DNA of 64,000 nucleotides, taken from positions 64,728,001 to 64,792,000 of the forward strand of contig NC_043005.1 in assembly GCF_006345805.1 (NCBI RefSeq), in the 5' to 3' direction. The notes below the pieces were generated by a model. The model saw only the letters and a list, made by a program, of their open reading frames with translations, searched no databases and had not been told where the DNA came from. A program made the position numbers and the translations under genes. This document shows, piece after piece, positions 1-12,931 of this stretch (position 1 is its first letter; every line of letters starts with the position of its first letter). This DNA comes from Octopus sinensis (lineage: Eukaryota).

Positions 1-400
1 GTGCTTTTTATGTGCCAGGGGAAGCTGGCAGCGGCCATGATCAGTTGGTGCTTTCTACGTGCCACCGGCACAGAAGCCAGTCAAGGCAGTGCTGGCATCA
101 GCCACGTTCGGATGGTGCTTTTTTTACATGCCACCGGCACAGGTATCACAACTACAATTTCCATTTGATATTTATTTTGATTTCCCAGATCCCCAGTCGA
201 ACCGTCCAACCCATGCTAGCATGGAGAACGGACGTTAAACGATGATGATGATGATGATGTTGATGTACTTGACTCAATAGGTCTCCTCAAGCACAGCAGG
301 TCATGTGCCACCGGCACAGAAGCCAGTCAAGGCGGCACTGGCATCGGCCACGTTCAGATGGTACTTTTTATATGTATCACAACTACAATTTCCATTTGAT
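1..400. mobile_element. Rearranged RTE 3' UTR fragments (mixed orientation)
   Basis: Minus-oriented UTR units at 1-185 and 270-400 flank a plus-oriented terminal piece (186-260) ending in (gat)n. Confidence 0.7.
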
Positions 401-401
401 A

Positions 402-434
<33 letters not shown>

Positions 435-435
<1 letters not shown>

Positions 436-1090
436 AGCAAATTAGCTTGTTAGAAAATCTCTATAAGAAATGAAAGCAGAAACTATACTGAGAAGTAATG
501 TTTATTGCCATTTTAACATGGCTGTTCTGTAGGAACCGACATTACTACTATTTTAACCCCAGAAGAATGCCTTCTCCATCTGATTAGTTGGTGCAATTTG
601 CACCCAACATATATATTGCAGGAAGGGAGTGAACCCCTACCATCTTCCAACAATGAGACCACCAGACCATACAGTTTTGAGCTATTTGTGCTCAGCTTCA
701 GTGGTGGATACATGCCTGCTAGAGATAACAGCTATTTGTTCCAGCTTGCAATATATAGAAAAATAAGTGACAACCAACCACTGATCTGGCAACAAGCAAA
801 TTAACTTGCCATAACATTTCTATAAGAGATGAAACCAGTAACTATTCTGAAAAGTAGTGTTTATTGTCACATCCACATTTTAACCCCAGGAGAACACCTC
901 CTCCAGCTAGTTAGTTGATGCAATCTGCACCCAATATATATCACAAGCAGGGGAGTGAACCCCTACCATCTTCCAGTGATAGAACCATCAGATCAGTGAC
1001 TTGTTGTTACTTATTTTTCTATATATTGTGAGCTGGAATGAACTACAGCTATCTCTAGCAGACAAGTATCCATCACAGGATGAACACAAA
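435..1090 (-). mobile_element. Tandem ~360-bp direct repeats (probable PLE pLTRs) with a degenerate hammerhead
   Basis: 435-670 resembles 794-995; 1045-1080 is an inverted copy of ~705-735; shares sequence with 31780-31830 and 32127-32210. Confidence 0.5.
659..707 (-). ncRNA. Degenerate hammerhead-like fold (A9C, G12 missing)
   Basis: CCACCA-CUGAAGC-UGAGC/GCUCA-AAA-C(UGUAUG)GU-C-UGGUGG. Confidence 0.55.
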
Positions 1091-1289
1091 TAGCTTGAAA
1101 CCATATCGTCTGGTGGTCCCTCAAGTGATTTTTTTTTTTGTTTGTTTGTAGAGTTACAAAAACAGAAAAAGTCTATTGTACACTGCTGTAGTAATAGTTC
1201 AGATCATGTAAATAATTAATGCATTTTTCTTTTACAGGGAAAATTCAAAAACAAATTTCTCAAACAAATTATAATTTTTGTATCTCCTG

Positions 1290-2010
1290 CACTACATAAT
1301 CCTGCAGAGACTCGAGTCATCTATAGAATAGTGGATCCCACAGCATCATTTATTCCCTCATTTTACACTGGTTCATGTGCTTTTTTTTCCCATTTGTTAT
1401 GTGTGGGTACTATCTTTCGAGTTAATAAACTCAACACAGTGGTTCACTGTTTTATGTTGAAAATTATAATGATCAATATCAGGAATGTGAGAGGAAGCTC
1501 TCCACAAGTCTCTGAAGGTTGTGGTTCCTGGAAGAACCAACTGTTGTATGCATTCCTCTAGTGTGTTGCTATTCCAGCATGGCACTGCATAAAGAAAAAC
1601 ATGTTTGGTCTTGCAACAGATTCCTCTGAAAACTCACTGCTCAAGTAGCAAGCACCCTTCCTTTGTTGTATTTACACCTTGAGAAGACTGTTTCATCTAC
1701 CTCAACAATCTTCTCATGACTGCATATCTGAACTGGATTGCAGACCAGGTCCTTCACATATATTTCACAAACATAGCTGTTGTAAGTAACAGCTGAAAAG
1801 GGGCTCATCTCCAGTTCTTCAATACAAAACCAAACCAAAGTCAGCAACTTGCCTCATGAAAAGCAGTACAGTCCTAAGAAGAAGGGTACCACCCCCTAAC
1901 TATGTATCCTTTTCTGATAGACACACACTCATTGCATTCTTTCCAGGATCAGCCAATAGGTTAGTCTATCACTATGGAAACAGAAACCAATGTGTTTGTG
2001 GCTTTTGGTT
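1290..2010 (-). mobile_element. Merlin (IS1595/ISXO2-like) transposase remnant
   Basis: CVSIRKG, KIVEVDETVFSRCKYNKGRVL and LPGTTTFRDLWRAS..HKTVNH motifs, disrupted. Confidence 0.8.
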
Positions 2011-2275
2011 TGCTAAAATTACCCAAAATTTGCAAACTTTAAAAGCAATTAAATTTTATTCATTAATTTATGGCAAAAATGAATTTCATTTCCATAATAA
2101 GTATACAAAACTGCATCAATACATCAAATTTATAAACAATTGGAACAAAATCAAAAAAATTGAAAACTGTAATAACAACACAGTCACTCAGCTGATATAG
2201 TTTCTGCTAGTGAACATTTAAAAAAAATATTTTCTTTTGTTGAAGTTAGAAATGCAGTAAATATTACTCATTGTG

Positions 2276-2316
<41 letters not shown>

Positions 2317-2436
2317 ACACACACACACACGTTACAAAAAAATAATAAACAATGAGACGAAGAAAACTATCAGAAGTATATGTATATGAGAAAGAAAATT
2401 TTTAAATGGAAAATAATGAAAATTGACCCCACTTAC

Positions 2437-2517
2437 CCTAAAGTGACGAAGATTTTCTTCAAATTCAGAAACACCTGGGTTACTAGCCACCAGCTCCTTG
2501 ATAACCTCATTCATATC
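2437..2517 (-). CDS. DNAH5: Dynein exon: DMNEVIKELVASNPGVSEFEENLRHFR
   Basis: aattttag acceptor, gtaagt donor, 81 nt, phase 0/0. Confidence 0.9.
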
Positions 2518-5500
2518 CTAAAATTATACATTGAAAGTTTAAAATATGGGGAACTTATAAAACATGTTTTAGGATGCATTGACATAAAACTTCAAGTCAA
2601 TTTCTGCAAACTTCTGTGGTTATGTACACATTTCTATATAGCTCAATTTAGAGCTATTTACATGCTTGGTAATTTTGTCAGAGTAGGTTTGGACATTTCC
2701 AGATTACTAAAAATGAGAATATTGGTAATTTATGAGCACATATGCTCATAAATTTCCAAATGCTACCACATATACAGACACACACATCACATCACATCTT
2801 GCATTTTGTAATTTTTTTTTTATCTAAAATTGAAACAATATAACAAAAACAAGAAACCATTATTTTGCTTAGATTATCTTATGGCATAAAAATTCTAACA
2901 AGTTCCATTTTTTGCTTATATTAATACTGTAAAACCCTAAGTATCCAATCATTGATGAATTTCCCCGGAACTCTTTTCCAGTTCAATGGTTGATTCATAA
3001 AAGCTAAGTTTGAAGGGAATAGTAATCATTGCCTTTGATTTCTAGATAGACGGAAATAGGAAATGTGACACTGAATTGCCTCTACAATCTCATATTTTTC
3101 ATATAACTAATCCTTTAAATATCTTGAAAGTTACATGCCTTGACTGCATTATAGAATTCTCCCAAAGCTATAGAACTTTGTTATATTCAAATTTGTTATG
3201 AAAGATGTCTTCAGGGAACCAATACCTGTCATTTAAGTACTTTATGGCTCTTTCAGCGACAAGAACATTATCTGCCTCACAGTTCTTATACATATCAGGG
3301 GAAGCCTGACTAAACTTGGTGCTCAAGCCAAAAAATAATTCTTTATTCTGCAGTTCAGCCATTAACTTAGATACTGAAATTACACTGAATGACTTGGCTT
3401 CTAGTGCTTCACCAGCAACTGAGAACAATTGAATCATGTGGATGAGGAAGAAGAAATAAATATCCAATAATTCCCAGGCATTTTCTTCATCTTCAAAACA
3501 CTTCCACAGAACTGTGGAGCATTTCCCTCACCTAGACTTTATATAAAAATAACCTTTTGGAAATCCCCAGTACTTAAGTATTCTACCAACAGATGTCAAA
3601 ATAGAGAGCTACCTAGTTACAGCATGAGTAATTTTTTTATTTATGCACCTTTTTCAAGCCTAGCCAGGCTCATGGGCCCGGTTTCCCAGTTTCTGTGGCA
3701 TATGTGTTCCCTCCAGCTGGACAGGATGCCAGTCCATCGCAGCATTACTCAAGAAACAGGAAGAAAGAGTGAGAGAAAGTTGGGGTGAAAGAGTACAACA
3801 GGGGTCGCCAGCACTCCCTGCTGGACCCTCGTGGAGCTTAGGTGTTTTCGCTCAATAAACACACACAACGCCCAGTCTGGGAATCGAAACCGCGATCCTC
3901 CAACCACAAGTCCACTGCCCTAAACACTAGGCCATTGCGCCTCCACACAACATGAGTTAACTGGTTATAATCATCATTCACAAAATTCTTTTTATTGTGC
4001 AGTTCTTTTTGCTGAGATGCTCGCATGATTGCACATTTTGAGCACAATATTTTCAACATGAAGTTTCAAATTTTCTTGTAACAAATTTTGCTGCATTGTA
4101 CTAGACAGTTTGCAGGAGTAGTTTTCTTGGGCCATTTTCAAATACTGTGTGCCCCACAGTATACACTTGCATTTTCAGCCATGTAAGCAATCACTTTAAT
4201 CAGGTCTAAATCTTGTGTTCCTAGTTTCATTGGTAGTTAATTTGTAATTCTTTCTGATGACTTATTATTATTACTGTAATAATCAAATAATACAAGCACT
4301 TCTTTCTTAAAATGGAAAGTTCTTCAGAATTATTGGTAAAACACTTTGTTGTATTCTTGTCTGGTACTCTTTTACTTTTTTACTTGTTTCAGTCATTTGA
4401 CTGTAGTCATGATGGAGCACCGCCTTTAGTCGAGCAAATCGACCCCAGGACTTATTCTTTGTAAGCCTAGTACTTATTCTATTGGGCTCTTTTGCCAAAC
4501 CACTAAGTTACGGGGATATAAACCCACTAGCATCGGTTGTCAAGCAATGTTGGGGGGGTGTTGACATACAACGGGCTTCTTTCAGTTTCCATCTACCAAA
4601 TCCACTCACAAGGATTTGGTCGGCCTGAGGCTATAATTGAAGACACTTGCCCAAGGTGACACACAGTGGGACTGAATCCAGAACCATGTGGTTGGTAAGC
4701 AAGCTACTTACCACACAGCCACTCCATTGGTTTTTATACAGAATACAGTGCTAGAATATTTTCACACATTTTTCTCTTCCGTTTTCCCTTATATACATTT
4801 TGCACTTTCAATAAGACATTATGTATTTCTTGATTATTTTTTTATTCCTCAATCAACACTTCAACATGGCTGATAATACTTCACTGCATGAAACACTTTA
4901 CAAAGTTCTTCAGCCATGATTTGTGTCATCTTGAGATGGTCAAGTTGTTGGGAAAAATGGTAACAATAGTGCTGTGTCAATAATATAAGGTGCAGATGTG
5001 GCTGTGTGGTAAAAAATTTGCTTCCCAACCACATGATTTGGGGTTCTGTCTCAACAGTGTGATACCTTGAGCAAGTATCTTCTACTTTAGCCTCAGGCCA
5101 ACTAAAGCCTTGTGAGTGGATTTGGTAGATGGAAACTGAAAGATGCCCATCATATGTGGGCATGCGTGTGTGTGTCTGTGTGTGTGTAAGAGAGAGAGAG
5201 AGAGAGTTTGTGTTTGTCCCTCCCACCCTCTACTGCTTGATAACTGGTGCTGGAGTGTTGACATCCCTGTAACCTAACAGCTTGGCAAACGAGACCGATA
5301 AAATAAGTACCAGGCTCTGAAAAATAAGTTCTGGGTTGATTTATTTGATTAATACCCTTCAAGGTGATGCCCCAGCATGGCCACAGTCAAATGACTGAAA
5401 CAAGTAAACGATAAAAGATTAACTTTATCTGTGATAGTGTATCATTTAAATATACTTTTCGGGGTTTTTTTTGGCGAATCACAATGGCATTGTGCACAAA

Positions 5501-8500
5501 AAGCTTTTAACAGTAAATCTAAATTCTTGAAGCCATTTGGTCTTTCTTTTCAGCATCTGTATAGCAGCTTGAAACAAAGTCTGCCCAATGGGGAGCAGCA
5601 TGTTGCCAGTAAAAGCTAACAAAACCACCATACATCATACCATTATGAATTAACTAAATTTTTATAAAACTCTGAAAAATTAAGGAATTTTCTCATATAA
5701 TAAAAGTAACAAATTACATATCCTTAAATCCTCAAATCCTTTAAAATGTTTTAGCCCGAAGGCCGCGGCCATGCTGGGGCACCACCGCTGAATGAGCTAC
5801 ACTAATATGTGAATCCACTTCTGATACGTGGCACTTGATCAACAAGGGAGTTCGATGCCGCTGCCCGCATCTGTGTCTCCTGTCGTGAGGTAGGTTCATC
5901 TGGGACCCCCGACAAGAAGAGATCTAGTTTAGTTTTAAAGAAACCCACATCCACACCATGTAAGTTTCTCAGGCATTTAGGGAGGATGTTAAAGAGCTGT
6001 GGTCCTCTGAAACCCAAGCTGTTGCAGTATCTGGACCTGTATTTTGATGGTGATGTTGGAATCTTTGGCACCATGCAGTGGCGCCCCGTTCTGGACAATT
6101 CCCCAGTCCCATAGGACAATTCCCCCAATGATAATTACCCCCTATGACAATTACCCCCTTTGGTTAATTACTCCCTCTCCAATATATTAAGAAGTTTTAA
6201 ATTGTCATCTGCTGTCCTTAGGGTCCTTAGAAGTAAATGTCCTTGGGGGTTATTGTCCAGTGGGGGTAAATGTCCTAGACTCAACAAATTACATATCACT
6301 TTTTCATTCTTTTCTACATTACAGAATTTGAACATGGTCATTATTCAACAGTACTTAAATAAGCATATGTTCTAGGTTTACCACATCAACCAAAGTAAAG
6401 TTTATACAAAGGTAGGAGTGGTTGTGTGGTAAGTAGCTTGCTATTGAACCACATGGTTCCGGGTACAGTCCCACTGTGTGGCACCTTGGGCAAGTGTCTT
6501 CTACTAAAGCCTCGGGTCAACCAAAGCCTTGTGAGTGGATTTGGTAGACGGAAACTGAAAGAAGCCCATCGTATATATGAATATATATATGTATGTTTGT
6601 GTATATGTTTCTGTGTCTGTGTTTGTCCCCCCCAACATCACTTGACAACTGATACTGGTGTGTTTATGTCCCTGTAACTTAGTGGTTCAGCAAAAGAGAC
6701 CAATAGAATAAGTACTAGGCTTACAAAGAATAAGTCCTGGGGTCGATATGCTCAACTAAAGGTGGCGCTCCAGCATGGCCACAGTCACATGGCTGAAACA
6801 AGTAAAAGAGTAAAAGAGTAAAGGTATTCAGGAAAATGTGTGCTCATATATTTTTGTTTACCAAATTAATTGATTGATTTGTAGTGTAGAAAGTGTTAAT
6901 ATATTTGACTTGATGTAAAGAGAAAAAGTAGATAATCAACATGCTTTTAGCAATAAGTAAATAATCGGCTTAATGTGTCTTGTAATACAGGTGATTCTGT
7001 TTTGTATTGCTTCCTTGATATCAGTTGAAGGATTGATTTGTTCTATGAATGCAAAGACCAAAGAAAACTTAATACTAAGAGAGACAATCTGTATTCTCTT
7101 AACCCTTTAGCATTCAAACCGGCCATATCCGGCCAAAATATTTAACCTGTTTTATATTGAAACTGACCAGATCTCGTCTCTCACCTCAGCCCTACCATGT
7201 CGTTCTAAAACTAAAAAATCACATCACTGAAATCTCTAAACTACAAGATAATGCATAACTAATTCAAACCATTTTAAATAAACAAACATCACATTTGACA
7301 GAATAATCTGAACACTAAAGAGTTAAGGCAAATCAAGAGCCACTAGCTAGCTAAGAGGATAAGTGAGGATTGATTCTGACCATCTGTAAAAAAAACGGGC
7401 TTCCAAGTTACTGCTATGTTATTGGTTCAAGGGAAATATGGGACAAAATGGTGAAATATTAACATTTCACTTGAATGAGAATTGCTACAAAACTAGATTT
7501 GCCCTGTTTTGATGTTATTGTTATATAAAAAGGCAGCAACCTTTTGCAGATTCCCAAAAGAGTGTAAATTATTGTCCAGCTCAAGTTGTTGTTAGATGGA
7601 GAAAGAAAGTGCTCAAGAGCTGGACTAGCTGGCCACCCTGTGTTAAGTATACTCTTTACTTGTTTCAGTCATTTGACTGCGGCCATGCTGGAGCACCGCC
7701 TTTAGTCAAGCAAATCGACCTCAGGACTTATTCTTTGTAAGCCCAGTACTTATTCTATTCGGCGCTTTTGCCGAACCACTAAGTTACAGGGACGTAGACA
7801 CACCAGCATCAGTTGTCAAGTGATGTTGGGGGGACAAACACAGACACACAAACACACACACACATAGATATAGATATATATATATATACATTTACATATA
7901 TATGACGAGCTTCTTTCAGTTTCTGTCTACCAAGTCCACTCACAAGGCTTTGATCAGCCCGAGGCTTATAGTAGAAGACACTTGCCCAAGGTGCCACGCA
8001 GTGGAACTGAACCTGGAACGATGTGGTTGGTAAGCTACTTACCACACGTCTTCAGAATGTCCATAAAGAAACTGATATAACTTATCAAATAAAATAGAGC
8101 AAAGGGAAATTAGCATGTTACCAAAAAGAAAAATGATAACACAACTCTGTATGAACTTCATATCCAGTCAGCTGCTAGTGTCAATATGACAGTTACGTAT
8201 GTAGTGTTAGTCACTTTTGTTGTTTCATATATCTCATAGTAGGTTTATTTCTTTATGAGACATCTGTAAGTGCTCAGTAGGCATCAAAGTATTTGTTTGT
8301 TGTGAATAAAAAAAAACCTTAAAACATTAATAAGATAACTTGCTTTTAACAGCAAAACAAAAATGGTGGAGTCTACAACATATCTTTTTAGCTACATTGC
8401 ACTAGTTACCTGTTTCTGAAATGTTTTTGTTTTTATTTTTTTTGTTTTTTGTTTTTTTTTTGTTTTGTTCCTTTGTAGTATGATATCAATTATTCTTTAC

Positions 8501-8791
8501 TTACTTTTTTAATAAATATGTCACTTCCATTTTGAGCTGGAAGTCAAGCATATTTTGAAAACAAGGCTTAGACAAAGTTACCTAGACACACACACACACA
8601 CACACACACACATAGTTGTATAATAAGAAGCTTGCTTTCCAATCACATAGTTTCATGTTCAGGCCCACTGCATGGCACCTTGGGCAAGTGTTTTCTACCA
8701 TAGCCTCAGGCCAATTAAAGCCTTATGAATGGATTTAGTAGATGGAAAATGAAAGGCCGTTGTGTATGTATATATATATATATTATATATA

Positions 8792-8851
<60 letters not shown>

Positions 8852-9194
8852 TATATATATTTTATCTCGCCTCACACACACACATACACACACATCTGTT
8901 GCGTTACCAACCTTGTCTCCACTCTTTTGCCTTTAAAAACCTACTTTGCTCTTGTTATCGTAAACTTCCGCCTTTCACCATGTGTAACTCGTAAACACCA
9001 GTCGTTTTTTTTCTCTATCCCTGTTGCCCGCTTTGGGATCTTTCTTTCCTCTCTCTTCCTTCTTTATGTTTCCGACGAAGAGCTCCACTCGAAACGTCAT
9101 ACCCTCCTGCTTCCATTTCCTGAGCGCCTATTAATAATAATACTGTAATTGTTCCATTGTTGTTGTTTTTTTGTTTTCCCGTTTGGATTAAAAT

Positions 9195-9235
<41 letters not shown>

Positions 9236-9620
9236 ATAATATATATATATATATATATAAATTAGAGAACAACTGTTATGTAATTCAAATAATAAAAAAT
9301 AAAAGGTATTATAAAACATATTTCTAGATCACAAAAATTACAAAACAATGAATAAACATTATATAATGAGTATTATATAATAAGTACTTATTATATACTT
9401 ATTATATAATATTAATTCATTTTTGTGTACTTTTTGTGATCTAGGTATATGTTTTATAATAACTTTTATTTTTCTATATGATATAGTTTATGTATATCAT
9501 TGTTTGAATTACATAATAGTGGTTTTTCTCTAATTTATATATATTATATATTTATATTGTGTAATTTGATTTAATACTAAATTGAATTTTTCCCTGTAAG
9601 TTTGGAGTTATACTCCCTAA

Positions 9621-9653
<33 letters not shown>

Positions 9654-9987
9654 CATATATATATATATATATAGGTAGAAAGATATGGCCATACAAGGTG
9701 GTGAGATGGCAGAATTGTTAGAGCATTGGCTAGAATGTCATGTGACATTCCAGCTCTCTGTACTCTGAGGTTTAGTTGCCTTTTGTCCTTATGGTAAATG
9801 ATAAATAATGTACTAGTCCAGCAATTCATTTACTTTTCTCTTTGTTTTTCACCAGCATTTTCTTTTAATTATTTTCTAGAATAAATCGGCTCTAAACAGA
9901 CCTAGGGTAGGTTGGGAACTGACAGGCTTTTATTTCATCAGGAGTTTAGGGACCAAGAAATTGCAAACGTAACTCTGTGTGTGTGTG

Positions 9988-10019
<32 letters not shown>

Positions 10020-11209
10020 TGCATGTGTGTGTGCATGTGTGTGTGTGTGTGTGTGTGCGTGTGTGTGTGTGTGCATGTGTGTGTGTTATATCAAAAGCTG
10101 ACTGACTGCTTAGATTTTTATCCATTGCTAAGCTGTTCAAGACTCTAGGGTATGCATATGTGTGTGGTGTATGTATGTATAGGATGGAGTGCTGAAAAGT
10201 TCCTGGTTTTAAGAGTATTGAAGGACTGCTGCAATAAATGTGTGAATCTGAGAATATTGAATAAACCATTATTAAGTGATCCTCCTATATTTTCTTTTAC
10301 CCAAAGCCAGGAAATTTTCAGCATCTCCTTATATATATGTTTATATGTGTGCGTGTATATATATATATATTTACCATATCCTATAAGAATACACTTGAAC
10401 TTCGTTTGTTTGGTTTTGATGCAAAGTGCAAAGAAACTTGTTATATTTCATATAATACTACCAAACTCTCTCATAAAAATAATTTAGGAAACAAAATGTG
10501 ATGTATACCCGAGTCCAAAGTTCTGAATATTTTGAAAACTTTTTCAGAATTTGTTGAACATTTGCTTTCATGATGGTAAGTGTGGAGTTTAGTTGGATCA
10601 CAATTTTTACAATATCTTTATGTTCACTAATTATTTTGAAGAATGTCTTTGGTGATTGATCAGGTACCACTTTTGCTTGTTCATCTCCACTTTCTGTAAT
10701 GTCTACGTCACTTGATTCGGGCTAAATGTATACATGATATGTAAAAGACAAAAAAAAAATAATTAAAAAGCAAATTGCTAAATCCAAATACAAAATATTT
10801 AAGGTACAAAACCTCAGCAAGCTTTGTTGCAGAGATTTTATTAATTCACATGCAGAGAAAAATATATGATTCATGGAGATACATAAACAACATCCAATAC
10901 AGTTTAATATTGATGATATAATGCTGTTAGCATGTTCAGTTTCCCAATTATAATTTTGTGAATCTAATTTTTCAGCCCTACAAAGTCAATATAAATACAG
11001 ACATACTCTGTTACAGCTACCTCAGGTTACAAGATTTCATGCTTTATGTAAATTGTAAAGTATGATCACTACTTTCAGAATACAAGCTGTAATTTCAACC
11101 TTATAGAAACTCAGATAAATTTTGCAACTTTCTTCTTCGCTAAATGGCCTCCTCTTGGTGTCTTAGCTAAACCAAACTATAGTTAACAATTTGGAAAACT
11201 ATAAACATG

Positions 11210-11252
<43 letters not shown>

Positions 11253-12892
11253 TATGTACATACTTGTATGTTTGGGTTTGGAAATTTTCTCGGGTCACAT
11301 TAAATATCTCTCTATCTAACATGTTGGAACGTCAGAACCATTCTTGACTGAGGTAACAGAGGTCGCCAGAATGCCAATCTGCTCTCATTGCTCATGAACT
11401 GTCCAGACTAGATATTGACATCACAGCCCTTAGCGAAGTCCAACTTACGAGGGAGGCAGCCTGAAAGAACACGGTGCCAGATACACCCTATATTGGTCAA
11501 GCAAACCCCCATCAGAAAGATGCCTTTCAAGTATCGGCTTCATGATAAAGAACTCCATTGCCTCCAAGCTGGAAACCCTACCAGCAGGTCACTCCAACTA
11601 CATCATCTCCATGCACCACTCTCTGAAAAACAAGCAGCATGCCAACATTTTCAAGTTTTTACACCACAACCCTCCAAGCAGACCCAGCAGGCAAGGACAA
11701 GTTCTACTCAGACCTGTGATGACTCCTCCAGGGAAACCCCATCGATGATAAGGTCATAATCCTAGGAGATTTCAATGCCAGACTGGGCTGAGATTTGGAA
11801 ACCTGGAAAGGAGTCCTTAGAAAACATGGGGTTGGGAACTGCAACAACAATGGGTACCTCTTGCTTGAGTTCTGCTCCGAACATCAGCTTGTCATCATCA
11901 ATACAACTTCCAGCAAAGAGGCAACAACCTGTCTGAAAACAACCTGGGGGAAAGCAGCGATACAATGAACATTGCAGTGAAGGCAGGGAAGGGGAGTGGG
12001 AGACAATCATAGTGTACGAATAGGAAATGTGAGGAAGAGAAAGATACAGCTTAAAAGAAGAGATGTAGTTTGGTTTCTTGGGGTAGGGTATGTGAAAAGT
12101 TCATTGTTACATGTGAGTGGGACACGACACTTCTAGCACTCATTTTCACTGACGTGGGTGGATTTTCTCTAGAACCTCATAGCACCAAACATCTCAGTCC
12201 ATTGTCATTTCCTCTGTGAGTCCCAACATCCTGAGATCAGTCTTCACCACTTCATCCCATGTCTTCCTGGGTCTCCCTCTTCCACAGGTGCCATCCACTT
12301 TCAGTGACAGGCTCTGCTGTATACAACTGTCTTCATTCATGCATCACATATCCAAACCAACACATTCTCCTCCCCTGCATACCACATTTAAATATGTATA
12401 CATATCTATGAGTGCACATATATACATATTTTTAAGGATGTATGCATATTTATTTACATAAGCATGTATAAAAATTGATATGCTGGTAAATTATAAGCGA
12501 ACATATAATTGGGAATTAGATGACCATATATTTCTATGCATACATGTTTGCTCATGGAAAAATAAATATTTTCCTAAAAAGAAAATCAATCTTATTTGAC
12601 ATAATTATATTAGCTGTATCAATAACCTTTACTGGAATAGTCAATAAAATAGAATATTACCAAGATGACTAAGCACATTAAATATTTTCTTCCTTTTTCT
12701 ACTGCATTTCTCTTTGTTTACTATTTATAAGTCAAAATCTCTTCTCTCTCTCACCATCTATTTATGCTTCAACCTCTACTCATTAATTCCCCTTACCAAT
12801 TACTATGATATTTAAGGAAACTTTCATCTTAACAAACACTGTTTAGAATAGCCAAAGTAAACACTATTAATAATAAAAATTACATGCATGTA

Positions 12893-12931
<39 letters not shown>

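Noticed and set aside
8725-9272. ORFs rich in YI/HT/CV/LS repeats here and throughout the ORF track
   Set aside because: Translations of (TA)n, (CA)n and (CT)n microsatellites and SINE bodies; no coding signal.
11110-11166. Possible extra dynein exon LRHQEEAI*RRRKLQNLSE rescued by A-to-I editing of UAG
   Set aside because: In-frame stop and no phase-0 GT donor; the flanking exons already join in phase; no evidence for editing.
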